In this document: positions 9,170-19,634 of the stretch, piece by piece
Position numbering within the stretch: the stretch's first letter is position 1
Layout of the letters: every line of letters starts with the position of its first letter
Origin: an uncultured Chroococcidiopsis sp.
GTDB lineage: Bacteria > Cyanobacteriota > Cyanobacteriia > Cyanobacteriales > Chroococcidiopsidaceae
DNA: 64,000 nt
Direction: 5' to 3'
Assembly: GCA_964248365.1 (NCBI GenBank)
Contig: CAXTYC010000008.1
Coordinates: 1-64,000 of the forward strand
Translations under genes and position numbers: made by a program
The notes under the pieces: generated by a model
What the model was told of the DNA's origin: nothing
The model's input: the letters and a program-made list of their open reading frames with translations, nothing else
Databases searched by the model: none

Positions 9170-12100
9170 CTATTGATTCCCAACGCCATCGCAAATTTGG
9201 CGATCGCGAAAGCTAACATCGGGATTCGTTTTGAGATAATCATGCGCCCAATTACAACCATACACCATTAACTCATCTAAATCTAAAACACGATCCAAAT
9301 TCCACAGAATCACTGTCTTATCTTCACTTGCCGACGCGATCGTTTTACCGTCGGGGCATAAAGCAACTCCATTAACTACACCACTATGCCCCTTGAGGGT
9401 AGCCAGCAAAGTTCCGTCACGTCGCCAGAGTTTGACTGTTTGGTCGTCACTTGCCGAAGCAATCATCTTACCATCGGGCCACAAAGCAACTCCTCTAACT
9501 CCAGCGCTATGCCCCTTGAGGGTAGTCAGTAGAATGGGCATCTTGCCTGAATCAAGTTTCCAGAGTTTAACAGTATTGTCTGCACTTGCCGAAGCAATTG
9601 TTTTACCGTCGGGGCTGAAAACAACTTGCCAAACGAGATCGTTATGTCCCTTGAGGGTAGTTAGTAAAGTGCCGTTTGGCTGCCAGAGTTTGATTGTCTT
9701 GTCTGCACTCGTAGAGGCAATGATCTTACCATTGGGGCTGAAAACTACTCCCTTTACCTCATCGCTATGCCCTGAGAAGCGATCGTACTCAACCGCCCCA
9801 TAAACTGCCCGCCGTAGCACCGATTCAACCTGAGTCTGGGTGTCTGCGTCTACCTGACCTAGCTGTTGCAGTTTTCGCCTTGCCTTAATTGCCTCTATCA
9901 GCGCGTCCAATTTTTTATTTGAGGCAAACAGCGCTTCCCCAGATGCACTGATAGCCCCGATCTCGCTTTTGGCTGAATTCTGCCATTGCCACCAAGCTAT
10001 ACCAGCCAGCATCAAAGCTCCCACCAAGCCACAGCTTAGCCAACAGATTATCTGTTGCCGCAAGAGCTTCTGCTTGTTGATCTCACTATCTTGAAGTGCC
10101 AAAGAAAGCCCAATGAAACATCTGTCCCCTGAACTTAATTCATCCAGTCGTTTGCTCTGCCAAAATTCTGCATCTGCTAAAGGCTTTCCTCGCAACAAAG
10201 CTCCTTCATCTTTGCCGCTACTCTCCCATTGATGCCTTGCTGCCCTTAGCTGCTCTTGCCAGCGGCGAAAGTCACCGTCAACCTGTATCCACTGCTCCAG
10301 CCGTCCCCAGCTTCTAATCAGCGTTTCATGGACGATTTCGACTGTTTCTTCGCCAGTGGAGGAGTTGCGATTTGTTACCACTAACCGAGAAGATGCCAAG
10401 CGCGTCACCAAATCCCAGTTTTCTGCCTTGACTTCATCACGGGTAGCGGGGCGACGGGTAGGCTGCGATTCCCCCAATCGCACTAGCTGCATAAACACCC
10501 GCTGCGCCCCCCGTCTATCTGGTTCAGAAAGCTGGGCATACACTGCCTCTGCATGGTTAGCCAAAGCAGACTCTACACCGCCAATCTCGAAGTAAGCTTG
10601 ATGAGTCAGCAACCCATCTGTTTGTTTTGCCCATAGAGTCGTTAGGGCAAACTCCAGCAACGGTAAACATCCTGGCTGTCCTTGTACAGCATCAATTAGT
10701 ACACTTGTCAAGCCTTTCTCCAGCCGCACTTGCATTTGTGCCGCTGGCTGCTCAATTGCCGAGCGCAATTCTTCGCGGTTCATTGATCCAAGGTTATAGA
10801 CTGCCCCCTGTAAGGCATCGCTAAAGGGACGATAAGAGAGGGCATATCCATAAAAGTCAGCCCGCATCGTCAGAACTAGGTTAAACGCTGGAGCTAGTCT
10901 GAGTGCGGTTAGCAATAAATCCAAGAAAGGCTCTTTTTCTTCTTCTGGACAAAGGGTATAAATTTCCTCAAACTGATCGGCTATTAGTACTAGGCGAGTA
11001 CCAGTTTTTTGCTGCACCAACCTTTTGATGATTTTGTATAAGGCTGCATTATCTTCTTGGAATGGGATCGCCAATTCCTGTTCAACTAACCGACGGGCAG
11101 TTTCGTCCTCACACCAAGTTGCATTCAATCGTAGAGACTGATCGGTCGATGGAAGTTTCTCTAAGGTGGTGCTGGGTGATGGGGTGAACCGATTTTGGAT
11201 TTTAGATTTTGGATTAGTGTCACGCAAAGACGAGGACACAAGCGATTTCTTCGGGTTTCCCACGCGAGGTGCTTCAAGCGGGGTTCCCCCGCCAACGCAC
11301 TCGCTTGACTTGAGCCTCGTGTCCGGTGCAAAGGCGCAAAGAGACGCATTTTCTTTTGCTCCCGACTCTCCCGACTCTCCCTCAGCTTTCAATAGAAGAG
11401 GCGCGATCGCGTGGGCTAATGCAACAAAAGGGCTGTTCCCTGGGCGAAAAGAGACGATATTTGCAGGGGGAAAGCCTTGGGAACAACCCCGTAGGTGAGG
11501 AATTAAGCTGGCAAATACTAGGGAAGATTTACCACTTCCAGAAGAACCAACCACAGCTACTAAGGGCTTTGTTTTCAATGCCGTTACTAAATCTTGAGTG
11601 AACTGCGATCGCCCTTTAAATAAAGGCGCATCCTCCTCCCGAAAGGCAAATAAACCTCGATAAGGACAAGGGGGTATCCCGCCCAACTGTAGCCAAGTGA
11701 GCGGTTCGAGGGCTGGATTTTGGCAGATTACAGGCAACCAAGAAGCACCTGGAAAGTCATCTTCCAAACCTTGTAACTTCTTTCGTGCTTGCTGTACTGC
11801 TACATATAAAGGAAGTCGCCCTGCTGCGAAAGCATCCAAAAAGTGCTTGAAAAATTCCTGTGCCACCCGATTCGGCACTGGTTCGCGCATGACAATAACC
11901 TGGGGAATATTCAATTTCTCCAGAGCATTAGCCAATCCCAACCCATCACAGGAGTTGAAAATCGCTAACTTTAAACCTTTCTCAATCGCTTGTTTAAGTC
12001 CTGACTCTAACTGTTCAATTGTCAGGCTGTTGTTTGTCTTGTTCTCATTGATATAAATTAGCCCTGTTTCACCTTTAGTTTGACTATGACCTGCAAAAAA

Positions 12101-12802
12101 GAGGATGTCCCAACCTGAGTCATGCCAAAGTTGCTTGTTTAATTCCTGACGTGAGGGGTTGACAAGAAAAACAACGTGGGCATCTGGTAAGCTCTTGAGT
12201 AAGCTGGCATCTGCCTCTAAATCAATGCCTTGGCTGTTGCCCAAAATTGCCAATATTCTGACTTTGTTTTGGGGTTTTGGCTGCTGTGAGGAGCGGGCGC
12301 GTTTATACTCTAATCTAGAGAGCGCCATTTCTGCCTTGGGATAATCCTCAAAGAAATGCCAGCGATGCCAAGGTAATCGCTGTAGCTTTTCATCGTTGGT
12401 TTCAATAATAACTCGAATTTCTGCTGCTGGATCTAGTGCGGAGCGTAGCTGTTGCTCAATGTGAAGAAACTCTTGAGATTTGAGCCAAGTATTGATGCTC
12501 TGTTGTAGCTTTTGGCATAATTCATCGAAACTGACAACAGAGACGTTTGTTATCGCACCTTCATCGATTTCCAGTTCATCATCTTCTTGATTGGAACGGG
12601 AAAGCAGGTGGAAGCGATCGCACAGATTATGATAAATTGATTGCCAATTCCGATACAGTTCTACTAGTTCTGGTTGGGCGGGTAAACTGCCGATAAATTG
12701 CTCTGGAAGAGGATCGCCTGCTGCCCACAATTGAGCAGTAACTCTTGGAAATCCGCCCATCAAGTCACCATGTCCCAGATTAATGACAACTGACTTGCTC
12801 AT
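9170..12802 (-). CDS. CHAT (caspase-like) protease - STAND NTPase - TM - WD40 protein
   Basis: FAGHS and FNSCDG catalytic dyad; CPYRGLFAF, GSSGSGKSS, ADQFEE; TM segment; four WD40 repeats. Confidence 0.9.
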   Translation of the reverse strand: MSKSVVINLGHGDLMGGFPRVTAQLWAAGDPLPEQFIGSLPAQPELVELYRNWQSIYHNLCDRFHLLSRSNQEDDELEIDEGAITNVSVVSFDELCQKLQQSINTWLKSQEFLHIEQQLRSALDPAAEIRVIIETNDEKLQRLPWHRWHFFEDYPKAEMALSRLEYKRARSSQQPKPQNKVRILAILGNSQGIDLEADASLLKSLPDAHVVFLVNPSRQELNKQLWHDSGWDILFFAGHSQTKGETGLIYINENKTNNSLTIEQLESGLKQAIEKGLKLAIFNSCDGLGLANALEKLNIPQVIVMREPVPNRVAQEFFKHFLDAFAAGRLPLYVAVQQARKKLQGLEDDFPGASWLPVICQNPALEPLTWLQLGGIPPCPYRGLFAFREEDAPLFKGRSQFTQDLVTALKTKPLVAVVGSSGSGKSSLVFASLIPHLRGCSQGFPPANIVSFRPGNSPFVALAHAIAPLLLKAEGESGESGAKENASLCAFAPDTRLKSSECVGGGTPLEAPRVGNPKKSLVSSSLRDTNPKSKIQNRFTPSPSTTLEKLPSTDQSLRLNATWCEDETARRLVEQELAIPFQEDNAALYKIIKRLVQQKTGTRLVLIADQFEEIYTLCPEEEKEPFLDLLLTALRLAPAFNLVLTMRADFYGYALSYRPFSDALQGAVYNLGSMNREELRSAIEQPAAQMQVRLEKGLTSVLIDAVQGQPGCLPLLEFALTTLWAKQTDGLLTHQAYFEIGGVESALANHAEAVYAQLSEPDRRGAQRVFMQLVRLGESQPTRRPATRDEVKAENWDLVTRLASSRLVVTNRNSSTGEETVEIVHETLIRSWGRLEQWIQVDGDFRRWQEQLRAARHQWESSGKDEGALLRGKPLADAEFWQSKRLDELSSGDRCFIGLSLALQDSEINKQKLLRQQIICWLSCGLVGALMLAGIAWWQWQNSAKSEIGAISASGEALFASNKKLDALIEAIKARRKLQQLGQVDADTQTQVESVLRRAVYGAVEYDRFSGHSDEVKGVVFSPNGKIIASTSADKTIKLWQPNGTLLTTLKGHNDLVWQVVFSPDGKTIASASADNTVKLWKLDSGKMPILLTTLKGHSAGVRGVALWPDGKMIASASDDQTVKLWRRDGTLLATLKGHSGVVNGVALCPDGKTIASASEDKTVILWNLDRVLDLDELMVYGCNWAHDYLKTNPDVSFRDRQICDGVGNQ

Positions 12803-13145
12803 TTGACGGTGTATCTCCCTTTGGCAAAGATGCTGTGTTAACTACAAACTGAAGTTACAACTTTTCGCATTTTTGCACCAAATATATTTGCAAGTTGCAA
12901 ATATTAATATTGTTTTATAGAAAACGAACCACCTTCACGAAGTGTAGCGTAGCGTTTAGACGCATAGCCTGGGGTTTAAACCCCAGGGAAGCAGAGATAA
13001 GAGAAGAAGAGAGCTATTGCGCGATGTTAAAAATTTAAACTGCTCGTCCCTTTATTTCCTCTATTAATAAAATGAGGAAGGGGAGAGCAGAAGGTTGAGA
13101 TATATATCTTATAGTTGGATCTGTCCCCTGTTACGCCTTTACAGG

Positions 13146-13252
13146 TATAGCAAGATGCATTAAGATTAGGACAAGTTTACAAGGGTTAGTTGTTGAGCTT
13201 TAAGGCGCATAACATGAGCTAATAGCTAATAGCTAATAGCGCGCTCGCTATA
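13146..13252. mobile_element. MITE-like element, copy 1 (TATAGC...GCTATA ends)
   Basis: Near-identical 5' segment (tatagcaagaygcattaagattaggacaa) also at 58611-58708; inverted ends. Confidence 0.65.
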
Positions 13253-13276
13253 TTTATTTGCACACAACTACTTGTT

Positions 13277-14323
13277 TCAAAGTTCAAAGTCTTCTCTGAC
13301 GCTAATATCCAAAAGGCTAACTTCGATACTAAATTGTTTTCCCCGTTCGCCTTTAAAAGGTTTGAGTTGAATATAATTATCCTCACCTCTTGATGGGACT
13401 TCTTGAAGTGTTTTCCCCGCTTTAGACAACAAAGTTAGTTTGACATTGGGCGGCAAATACCTTTCTCCCCCTGTGGGGTGTAACTGTATCAAAATACCTA
13501 ATTTATCTTCAGCATCTTGTGTGATATTTACTAGCAGTGCTAAAGTTTGATTACCCAGTTGCATACCCAAGTCAATTAGTTTACCTCTATTTGTACCCGC
13601 CATAACTCTCCTGGTACTGAATGCTAAATTGGCTTCTGAGCTAATAAGTGCGTCAAAGCAAAGCCAACTTTCGTCGCAGACACCTTGTAACCAGTGGCTT
13701 AAAATAGTTGTGGTTTGCTTTAGGTATCTCAGTAAATTTTTTTCAACAGGTTTGTTTGAAACTATAGGTAGAGGAATAGCTGTTGGTTCCAAGCAACGAG
13801 AGTAGAACAACAGGTGATTTGGCTCGGTATCAAATTCCTCAAGCGGTAGCTCGTAACAACCATCTCGAATTTGTAAATTGACTTTATTGCGATAATTAAT
13901 TAGTTGGTCATACCGCATAAACCCTCTAATAATAACTTGTTCCTCTTCTTCTAATACTTCAAGCACTACATAAAAATGAGCCGCAAATTCTGGTTTATCA
14001 ATCGCATCTTGAGGTAAATTCACTACTTCATCAAGCAGATGTTCAGTGGCAATCACAGAAAGTTTAAAATTACCAACATTGAGATTACCAACAGCCTCAA
14101 TTGTATTAGTATCTCTAGTTACTGGCTGTTCTGGGATTCGTTCTTTTAGCCATTGTTCAAAGCCAAGTAACCCCAAGGCATTCAGATATGTTTGCCACTG
14201 GTGCGCTTCATCAGTCGCTTGGTTGCTAATCTTGCTGGCACGGGCAAAATATTCTGATTCCAGCCAAATTATTTCGGGCAGCAAGAGCCTTAAGCCAGTT
14301 GAATTAACTAGAGTATTATGCAT
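13277..14323 (-). CDS. DUF1822 family protein
   Basis: WQTYLNAL, AHFYVVLEV, IIRGF, LSHWLQG, RGKLIDLG, IQLHPTG..YLP motifs. Confidence 0.85.
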   Translation of the reverse strand: MHNTLVNSTGLRLLLPEIIWLESEYFARASKISNQATDEAHQWQTYLNALGLLGFEQWLKERIPEQPVTRDTNTIEAVGNLNVGNFKLSVIATEHLLDEVVNLPQDAIDKPEFAAHFYVVLEVLEEEEQVIIRGFMRYDQLINYRNKVNLQIRDGCYELPLEEFDTEPNHLLFYSRCLEPTAIPLPIVSNKPVEKNLLRYLKQTTTILSHWLQGVCDESWLCFDALISSEANLAFSTRRVMAGTNRGKLIDLGMQLGNQTLALLVNITQDAEDKLGILIQLHPTGGERYLPPNVKLTLLSKAGKTLQEVPSRGEDNYIQLKPFKGERGKQFSIEVSLLDISVREDFEL

Positions 14324-14334
14324 TACTTGACTCC

Positions 14335-15777
14335 TTATGCATATTGAAATTCGTATTGATACATTTTGCTCAAAACAAGGCGAAGTTGCTGAGCATAAAA
14401 GCTGTTGAGGGAACGACTTTTACCTGCTCTGATTTCTTCTGCTGCTTCTTGAAAGACTTCTGCATCAACAAAAGCTTCAATATGTTCAAGCAAAGTTTTG
14501 AGATAAAGGGGTTCTGCGGGAATTTTGGTTAGACCTAATTCGGCAGCCTTTTCTAACATCTTGTCGAGAATCTGTTGTACTGTAAGAGCGCGAACTTTGT
14601 TGATAATTTCCCCAGGATTTAATACTCGCCTAGCTTGATCCCAGCTTGTCATTCCCAATAAGGGCGCAATCTCTTTCAGAGGCAGGCCTTGACAGTAATA
14701 TAGTTGCAAACCATGAATGAATTGTTGAGCAAAAGGAGCATATTTTTTGCTTTTTTCTAATCGAGTAATACAATTGTTAATTTCTTGCTCTATCGCGTCG
14801 TTCAAAGCTAAATTTAGTTGCTGATATAATAACTCTAAAACTTCCTGCTGTTCTACATCTGATTCATTTAGGGAATCAGTAGGTAAATCTAACCTGGGTG
14901 TATAATTTCCAGTATCAGGGTCTTGGATTTCTAGAGGTTCTCTGTAATTCCAGATATCATACTGACGTAGTTGTGTTGCTACCTGTTTGAGTGCGAGAAG
15001 CAACTCGGCTGGGGTGTTGATGAGGACACCTCGTTCTTGCAAGCGAGTAAGCATTTCTTGCAGTTGAGCGATTGAGGGGTCTGGACATCGAGTTGCACCT
15101 ATCTGGCGCTGCTTTTGTCTGTCTCGACGATAGACTGCATGAAAGACTTCTACTAGGTGGCGATCGCGCTGGTATAATCTTTCAAGTTGTTTAGGTCTAG
15201 CTCTATTCATCAGCGCCCAATCACTCAGATGCTGAAAACCAAACTCGGATAAGAAATTTTTGAGTTCTGGATTTTGTTTTGTTTGCAAGTATGCCCAGTT
15301 GTCTAGGCTCATGCTCTCGTCGGATGGTTTAAATGTGCGTAAAACTTCAACCGTAAAAAATTTATAAGCTGTTTGTTGAGCTTTGCCATTTTCATCTAGA
15401 ATGAGTTGGGTTTTGCGATCGCTATCCAAAATAATCTCAGTTTTACCATCGTCATTGAGAACAAATGGCAGCAAATCTTTGTAGGTAAAAGACTTTTCTC
15501 CACCAAACAGACTATCAATTTTTTGGCAGGCTTTAAGAATGGGGTCAGAAACATAGCACCTCAAACAAAGTCCAGCCCTGGCGCGACTTGTGGTATCAGA
15601 AGAATCCTTGGCGTAAAAATATGAATTCAAAGTTGCTTGAATGTCCCCGTTTTGATAATTGGGAACTTGTTTTTGAATAAACTCCTGCGCGGTTGGAACT
15701 AAACGGTATTCATATCCAACTTTTTCACTGTTCAGACTAATTCTATAAATCTTCCAGTATCTTAGTGCAGCACCCAT
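14335..15777 (-). CDS. Hypothetical protein with C-terminal sigma-70 region-4-like HTH
   Basis: LYYCQGLPLKEIAPLLG motif; directly upstream of DUF1822 gene. Confidence 0.6.
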   Translation of the reverse strand: MGAALRYWKIYRISLNSEKVGYEYRLVPTAQEFIQKQVPNYQNGDIQATLNSYFYAKDSSDTTSRARAGLCLRCYVSDPILKACQKIDSLFGGEKSFTYKDLLPFVLNDDGKTEIILDSDRKTQLILDENGKAQQTAYKFFTVEVLRTFKPSDESMSLDNWAYLQTKQNPELKNFLSEFGFQHLSDWALMNRARPKQLERLYQRDRHLVEVFHAVYRRDRQKQRQIGATRCPDPSIAQLQEMLTRLQERGVLINTPAELLLALKQVATQLRQYDIWNYREPLEIQDPDTGNYTPRLDLPTDSLNESDVEQQEVLELLYQQLNLALNDAIEQEINNCITRLEKSKKYAPFAQQFIHGLQLYYCQGLPLKEIAPLLGMTSWDQARRVLNPGEIINKVRALTVQQILDKMLEKAAELGLTKIPAEPLYLKTLLEHIEAFVDAEVFQEAAEEIRAGKSRSLNSFYAQQLRLVLSKMYQYEFQYA

Positions 15778-16035
15778 ACCTACTGTTTCTCCTTGTATTA
15801 ACTAGCTACTGTTTTGCTTCTAATTAACTAACCTCCCAGGTTCGCTGCATAAAGTAATAAATAAATAGATGCAAGCCTTTGGAGCTTATGCAGTTTCTAC
15901 GCAGCCACCTAAAAGGTAATTTATTAACTAATTGCTATCGTAGAGAAAACGGCTATGAAATGCTTTCACTTTAGCGGATAATCAATTGCAGATTTGGGAA
16001 AACTAATTTCCAAATTTGGAAAGTTATTTAAATTA

Positions 16036-16167
16036 GGGCGTGTCTGCAAACTACAAAATCAATGATTTTGAACTTAGGAATATTACCTCAAGGCTACGCC
16101 TTTCTTTTCCAGCAAGATGTTAGTTCTCTTAACAAATCTTTACAAAATCTACTTTGCAGACACGCTC
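16036..16167. mobile_element. 132-bp MITE with IS5-like terminal inverted repeats
   Basis: gggcgtgtctgcaaa / tttgcagacacgctc (15 bp, 1 mismatch), TA on both flanks, no ORF. Confidence 0.75.
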
Positions 16168-16404
16168 TAACAAGAGAACAGCATTTCCCTAACCTCCAAT
16201 CTATTCTATTAGCTATTAGCTTTTGATTTGAAGCGCCAACCCCAAAGTGCCTTGACCATTTCTATTTCAAAAGTGCATAAGGTGATTTTACGTTCAACTA
16301 CTAAGACTTAGAAGAAAGGCAAACAAGCTAAACCTTCTGTTTAGCAAACAATGACTTTCTTTGTATCAAACCTAAACTTCCTAATTGAATCAAAGGAGAA
16401 AATC

Positions 16405-16572
16405 ATGACTACTTACACCGTACTACCTGGTGATTACCTATCAAAGATCGCTGAAAAAGTTTACGGAGATGGCAGCGACGCAAATGCCAACAAAATTTAT
16501 GAGGCGAATAAGGCAGTGATTGGATCTGACAAGAATTTGCTACAGCCTGGACAGGTTCTTAACATTCCTTAG
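16405..16572 (+). CDS. Stand-alone LysM domain protein
   Basis: YTVLPGDYLSKIA...IYEAN...LQPGQVLNIP; RBS aaggag upstream. Confidence 0.85.
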   Translation: MTTYTVLPGDYLSKIAEKVYGDGSDANANKIYEANKAVIGSDKNLLQPGQVLNIP

Positions 16573-16713
16573 CCCTAAATCCCTTGGGGGAACCCCAACG
16601 GGCTGAAAAGCAGAAATAGAGCATGAGGCAACCCAGGAATCGTTCTTCCTCTTGCTCTATTTCTTCTGCTTTCTATCGACTGAATTACTGCAAACAAATT
16701 CTACTTTTTTTGG

Positions 16714-17352
16714 ATGTCATTTATGTCTAACACTACATACAGTATCAAGCAGGGAGATACCCTTTTTAGCATTGCTCAAAGAGAATTAGGCGATGGTCAT
16801 CGTTGGACCCAAATCACGAAATCTGATGGTACTCCGTTTACAGAAGCAGAGGCACAGCAGTTACAGCCAGGTCAAGAAATCTACTTACCAGGCTCTGACT
16901 CCTCGAACGGTGGGGGGAGTGCAGATAATGGACACGACATGGTGCAAGAAATTTTGGACGCTCACAACAAATACCGAGCAGAAGTCGGAGTTCCTCCACT
17001 GCGATGGTCAGACAGTTTGGCAGCAAATGCTCAACAGTGGGCAAATCAGTTAGCTGCAACGGGTAAATTTGAACACAGCGGCGCTGGGGAAAACCTAGCG
17101 CAAGGCAGTGCAGGTAGTTTTTCCGTTACTGGGCTAGTAGAAATGTGGGGTAATGAAAAGCAACATTTTACCCCTGGTACTTTCCCCAATGTTTCTGATA
17201 CTGGGAATTGGGCGGATGTGGGTCACTATACCCAAGTTGTTTGGAGAAATACGACAGAAGTTGGGTGTGGTTTAGCAAGCGGTAATGGCAATGATGTCCT
17301 GGTTTGTCACTACAATCCGGCAGGCAACTTTAGGGGACAAAACGTTTTTTAG
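16714..17352 (+). CDS. LysM + CAP (SCP/PR-1) domain protein
   Basis: YSIKQGDTLFSIA LysM; AHNKYR, GENLA, GHYTQVVW, CHYNPAGN CAP motifs. Confidence 0.92.
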   Translation: MSFMSNTTYSIKQGDTLFSIAQRELGDGHRWTQITKSDGTPFTEAEAQQLQPGQEIYLPGSDSSNGGGSADNGHDMVQEILDAHNKYRAEVGVPPLRWSDSLAANAQQWANQLAATGKFEHSGAGENLAQGSAGSFSVTGLVEMWGNEKQHFTPGTFPNVSDTGNWADVGHYTQVVWRNTTEVGCGLASGNGNDVLVCHYNPAGNFRGQNVF

Positions 17353-17477
17353 TCATCGAAGGGCAAGTACGCGCCAATTTCGTAACGCTCAAAAACACGC
17401 TAGCAAGCTTTCCTTCTATTAAAGCAGATGCGATCGCACAAAACGAACAAACTCCACTATGCGTCAACGTTTAATTT

Positions 17478-17508
17478 GCCCTCTAATTCAGGATTAGGGG
17501 GCTTTTAT
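17478..17508 (+). terminator. Probable intrinsic terminator
   Basis: gccctctaat-tcagg-attagggggc followed by tttt. Confidence 0.5.
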
Positions 17509-17831
17509 CTGAAGGCTGGAAAACCGTGTAGATAGGTTCGCCTATCTCCTTAATTGACAAGTCAAGTCAATACGATCTCACTTTAAACGTGAACTTCACC
17601 ACGCTAACAAAGAAAGAAGAAAACCCAGTCCTAGTTGCCTACTCACTTCTGGCTACAAGATTACCCATCTTCTGTAGTCTTCTTCCTTAGTGTTCTTTGC
17701 GCGGACACTTTGCTTCCTTCGGGAAACCCGAAGCATCGCTTGTGTCCTTGTCTTTGTGGTTGGTTAAATAAATATTCTTCCCCCGCAAAGGAGTAAGCAC
17801 AACCGAGCGATCGCAAACGTTTTATCAGCGA

Positions 17832-19403
17832 TCAGCAGGTACCGATAACTTCGTTAAGCTGCGCTAACGCACCATTTCTGCGCTCGTCACCTGCACCTGA
17901 AATCAATCCTGCTGATTCCATCACAGTATGAACGCCACCAAAAAACATATTCTTTTTATTCCATAAAACCAGTTGCTCATTCGAGGCGAGTAAACTTTCT
18001 TTCGCCTCATCACTAAATCCTGGTTCTATATATAATACCCCATTTTCCCAATGAATGCGAGGACTATTTACCGCCGCATCAACAGGCATTTTAAAATCAA
18101 TTATATTACAAATTACTTGTAAAATTGCTGTTCTAATTCGATTAGAACCCCCAGAACCTAAAACAATTTCAGGCTGATTATCTTTAAGCACTATTGTTGG
18201 TGTCATCATTGAAGAAATCCGCACATTTTCTTGCCATTGATGAAACCCATGCGGATTTAAATCTTCTTCTCCCAGCATATTATTCATCATTATGCCCGTG
18301 CCTGGAATCACATAACCACAACCTTCGCCATGAGTAGTAGTCACACTAGCGGCATTACCTTCGGCATCGATTACACTAATATGAGTGGTGCTGCCCCATT
18401 TATTAACAGAATTTCTTAATTGACTCTCATATTGAGCTATATGTTCAGCAGATAAAAATATTTTCTCAACATCCGAGTGATAAATATTAGTATTATATCT
18501 ATCTTCTCTCGCTACATTAGTTAAACGCATCACCTGGGACATAGTTTGTAAATGCTGCCCAGTGCCAAAACCCATATTTGCTAAATCTACTTTTGATAAT
18601 AACTCTAAGGCAAAGGCAATTAGTATACCCCCAGAACTGGGAGGAGGATTAGTTAAAAATTGATTGCCTCGATAGTTTATAATTAAAGGCTTTCTTTCTA
18701 TAACTTGATAATTTTTGAGATCTTCTAAGGTTAAGTAACCGCCATACTCTTGACAATCCTTTACTAATTCTTGACCAATTTCTCCTTCATAAAATTCTTC
18801 AACTGAGTTTTCGGCTAAATAACTTAAAGTATCAGCAAAATTCGGCATAAATAATCTTTCTCCCAATTGGAGAAGCTTGCCATTCGGCGCATATACTTGG
18901 CGCATCTCTTCAGGTGTAGTAATAATCTCTGTGAGTAAGTTTAAGCAAAAAGATTGATACTCATTTATTTCTACACCATTTTTTGCATACTGAATTGCTG
19001 GTTCGGCTACAACTTTAAAAGGTAATCTGCCTAATTTTTGTTGAACATGAAAAATTCCCCGCATATTTCCAGGCACTGCCATTGAACCAAGCCCGATATG
19101 AAACTCTTGTACGGCATCGCCAAAGTTAAGTTTAATCGGATAGAAATTAATTTCTTCCTTGGTTCTTTTATGGCGTGGAGTTTGGGAAAAAAAGTCAAAT
19201 AAAATATTTTCGTTTTCTTTGGTATGTGCCAGTAGAAAACCGCTACCACCAGCAGAAGTTAGAGTCGGTTCGGTAACAAAAGTTGCTAAAACTGCCGCCG
19301 CTGCCGCATCAAACGCATTACCACCATTACCCAAGATTTCAATACCTGCTTGGGCTGTTTTGAGATGTCCGGCTGCAATAGTTCCGCGAGTAGGTTTATA
19401 CAT
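17832..19403 (-). CDS. ggt: Gamma-glutamyltransferase
   Basis: GGNAFDAA, PPPSSGG, TTHISVID, GSGGSNRI. Confidence 0.92.
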   Translation of the reverse strand: MYKPTRGTIAAGHLKTAQAGIEILGNGGNAFDAAAAAVLATFVTEPTLTSAGGSGFLLAHTKENENILFDFFSQTPRHKRTKEEINFYPIKLNFGDAVQEFHIGLGSMAVPGNMRGIFHVQQKLGRLPFKVVAEPAIQYAKNGVEINEYQSFCLNLLTEIITTPEEMRQVYAPNGKLLQLGERLFMPNFADTLSYLAENSVEEFYEGEIGQELVKDCQEYGGYLTLEDLKNYQVIERKPLIINYRGNQFLTNPPPSSGGILIAFALELLSKVDLANMGFGTGQHLQTMSQVMRLTNVAREDRYNTNIYHSDVEKIFLSAEHIAQYESQLRNSVNKWGSTTHISVIDAEGNAASVTTTHGEGCGYVIPGTGIMMNNMLGEEDLNPHGFHQWQENVRISSMMTPTIVLKDNQPEIVLGSGGSNRIRTAILQVICNIIDFKMPVDAAVNSPRIHWENGVLYIEPGFSDEAKESLLASNEQLVLWNKKNMFFGGVHTVMESAGLISGAGDERRNGALAQLNEVIGTC

Positions 19404-19634
19404 GATTTAAAATTAATCCGGCTGCTTTATCAATTTTGTCACTTGATGCGCGCATCAAGTGGCTCATAGTTGATTAGAACATAGCTCTTGTCCCAATTTC
19501 TGTAGCGCATATACTTTAGCTCGATCATCTATATGTGTATATCACTTATTGGGTGGATTTGCACAGAAAACAAATTTTATATATTTTAAGATTACTTGGG
19601 CTGTTATTTATTTAATAATATATTTGATAGATAC

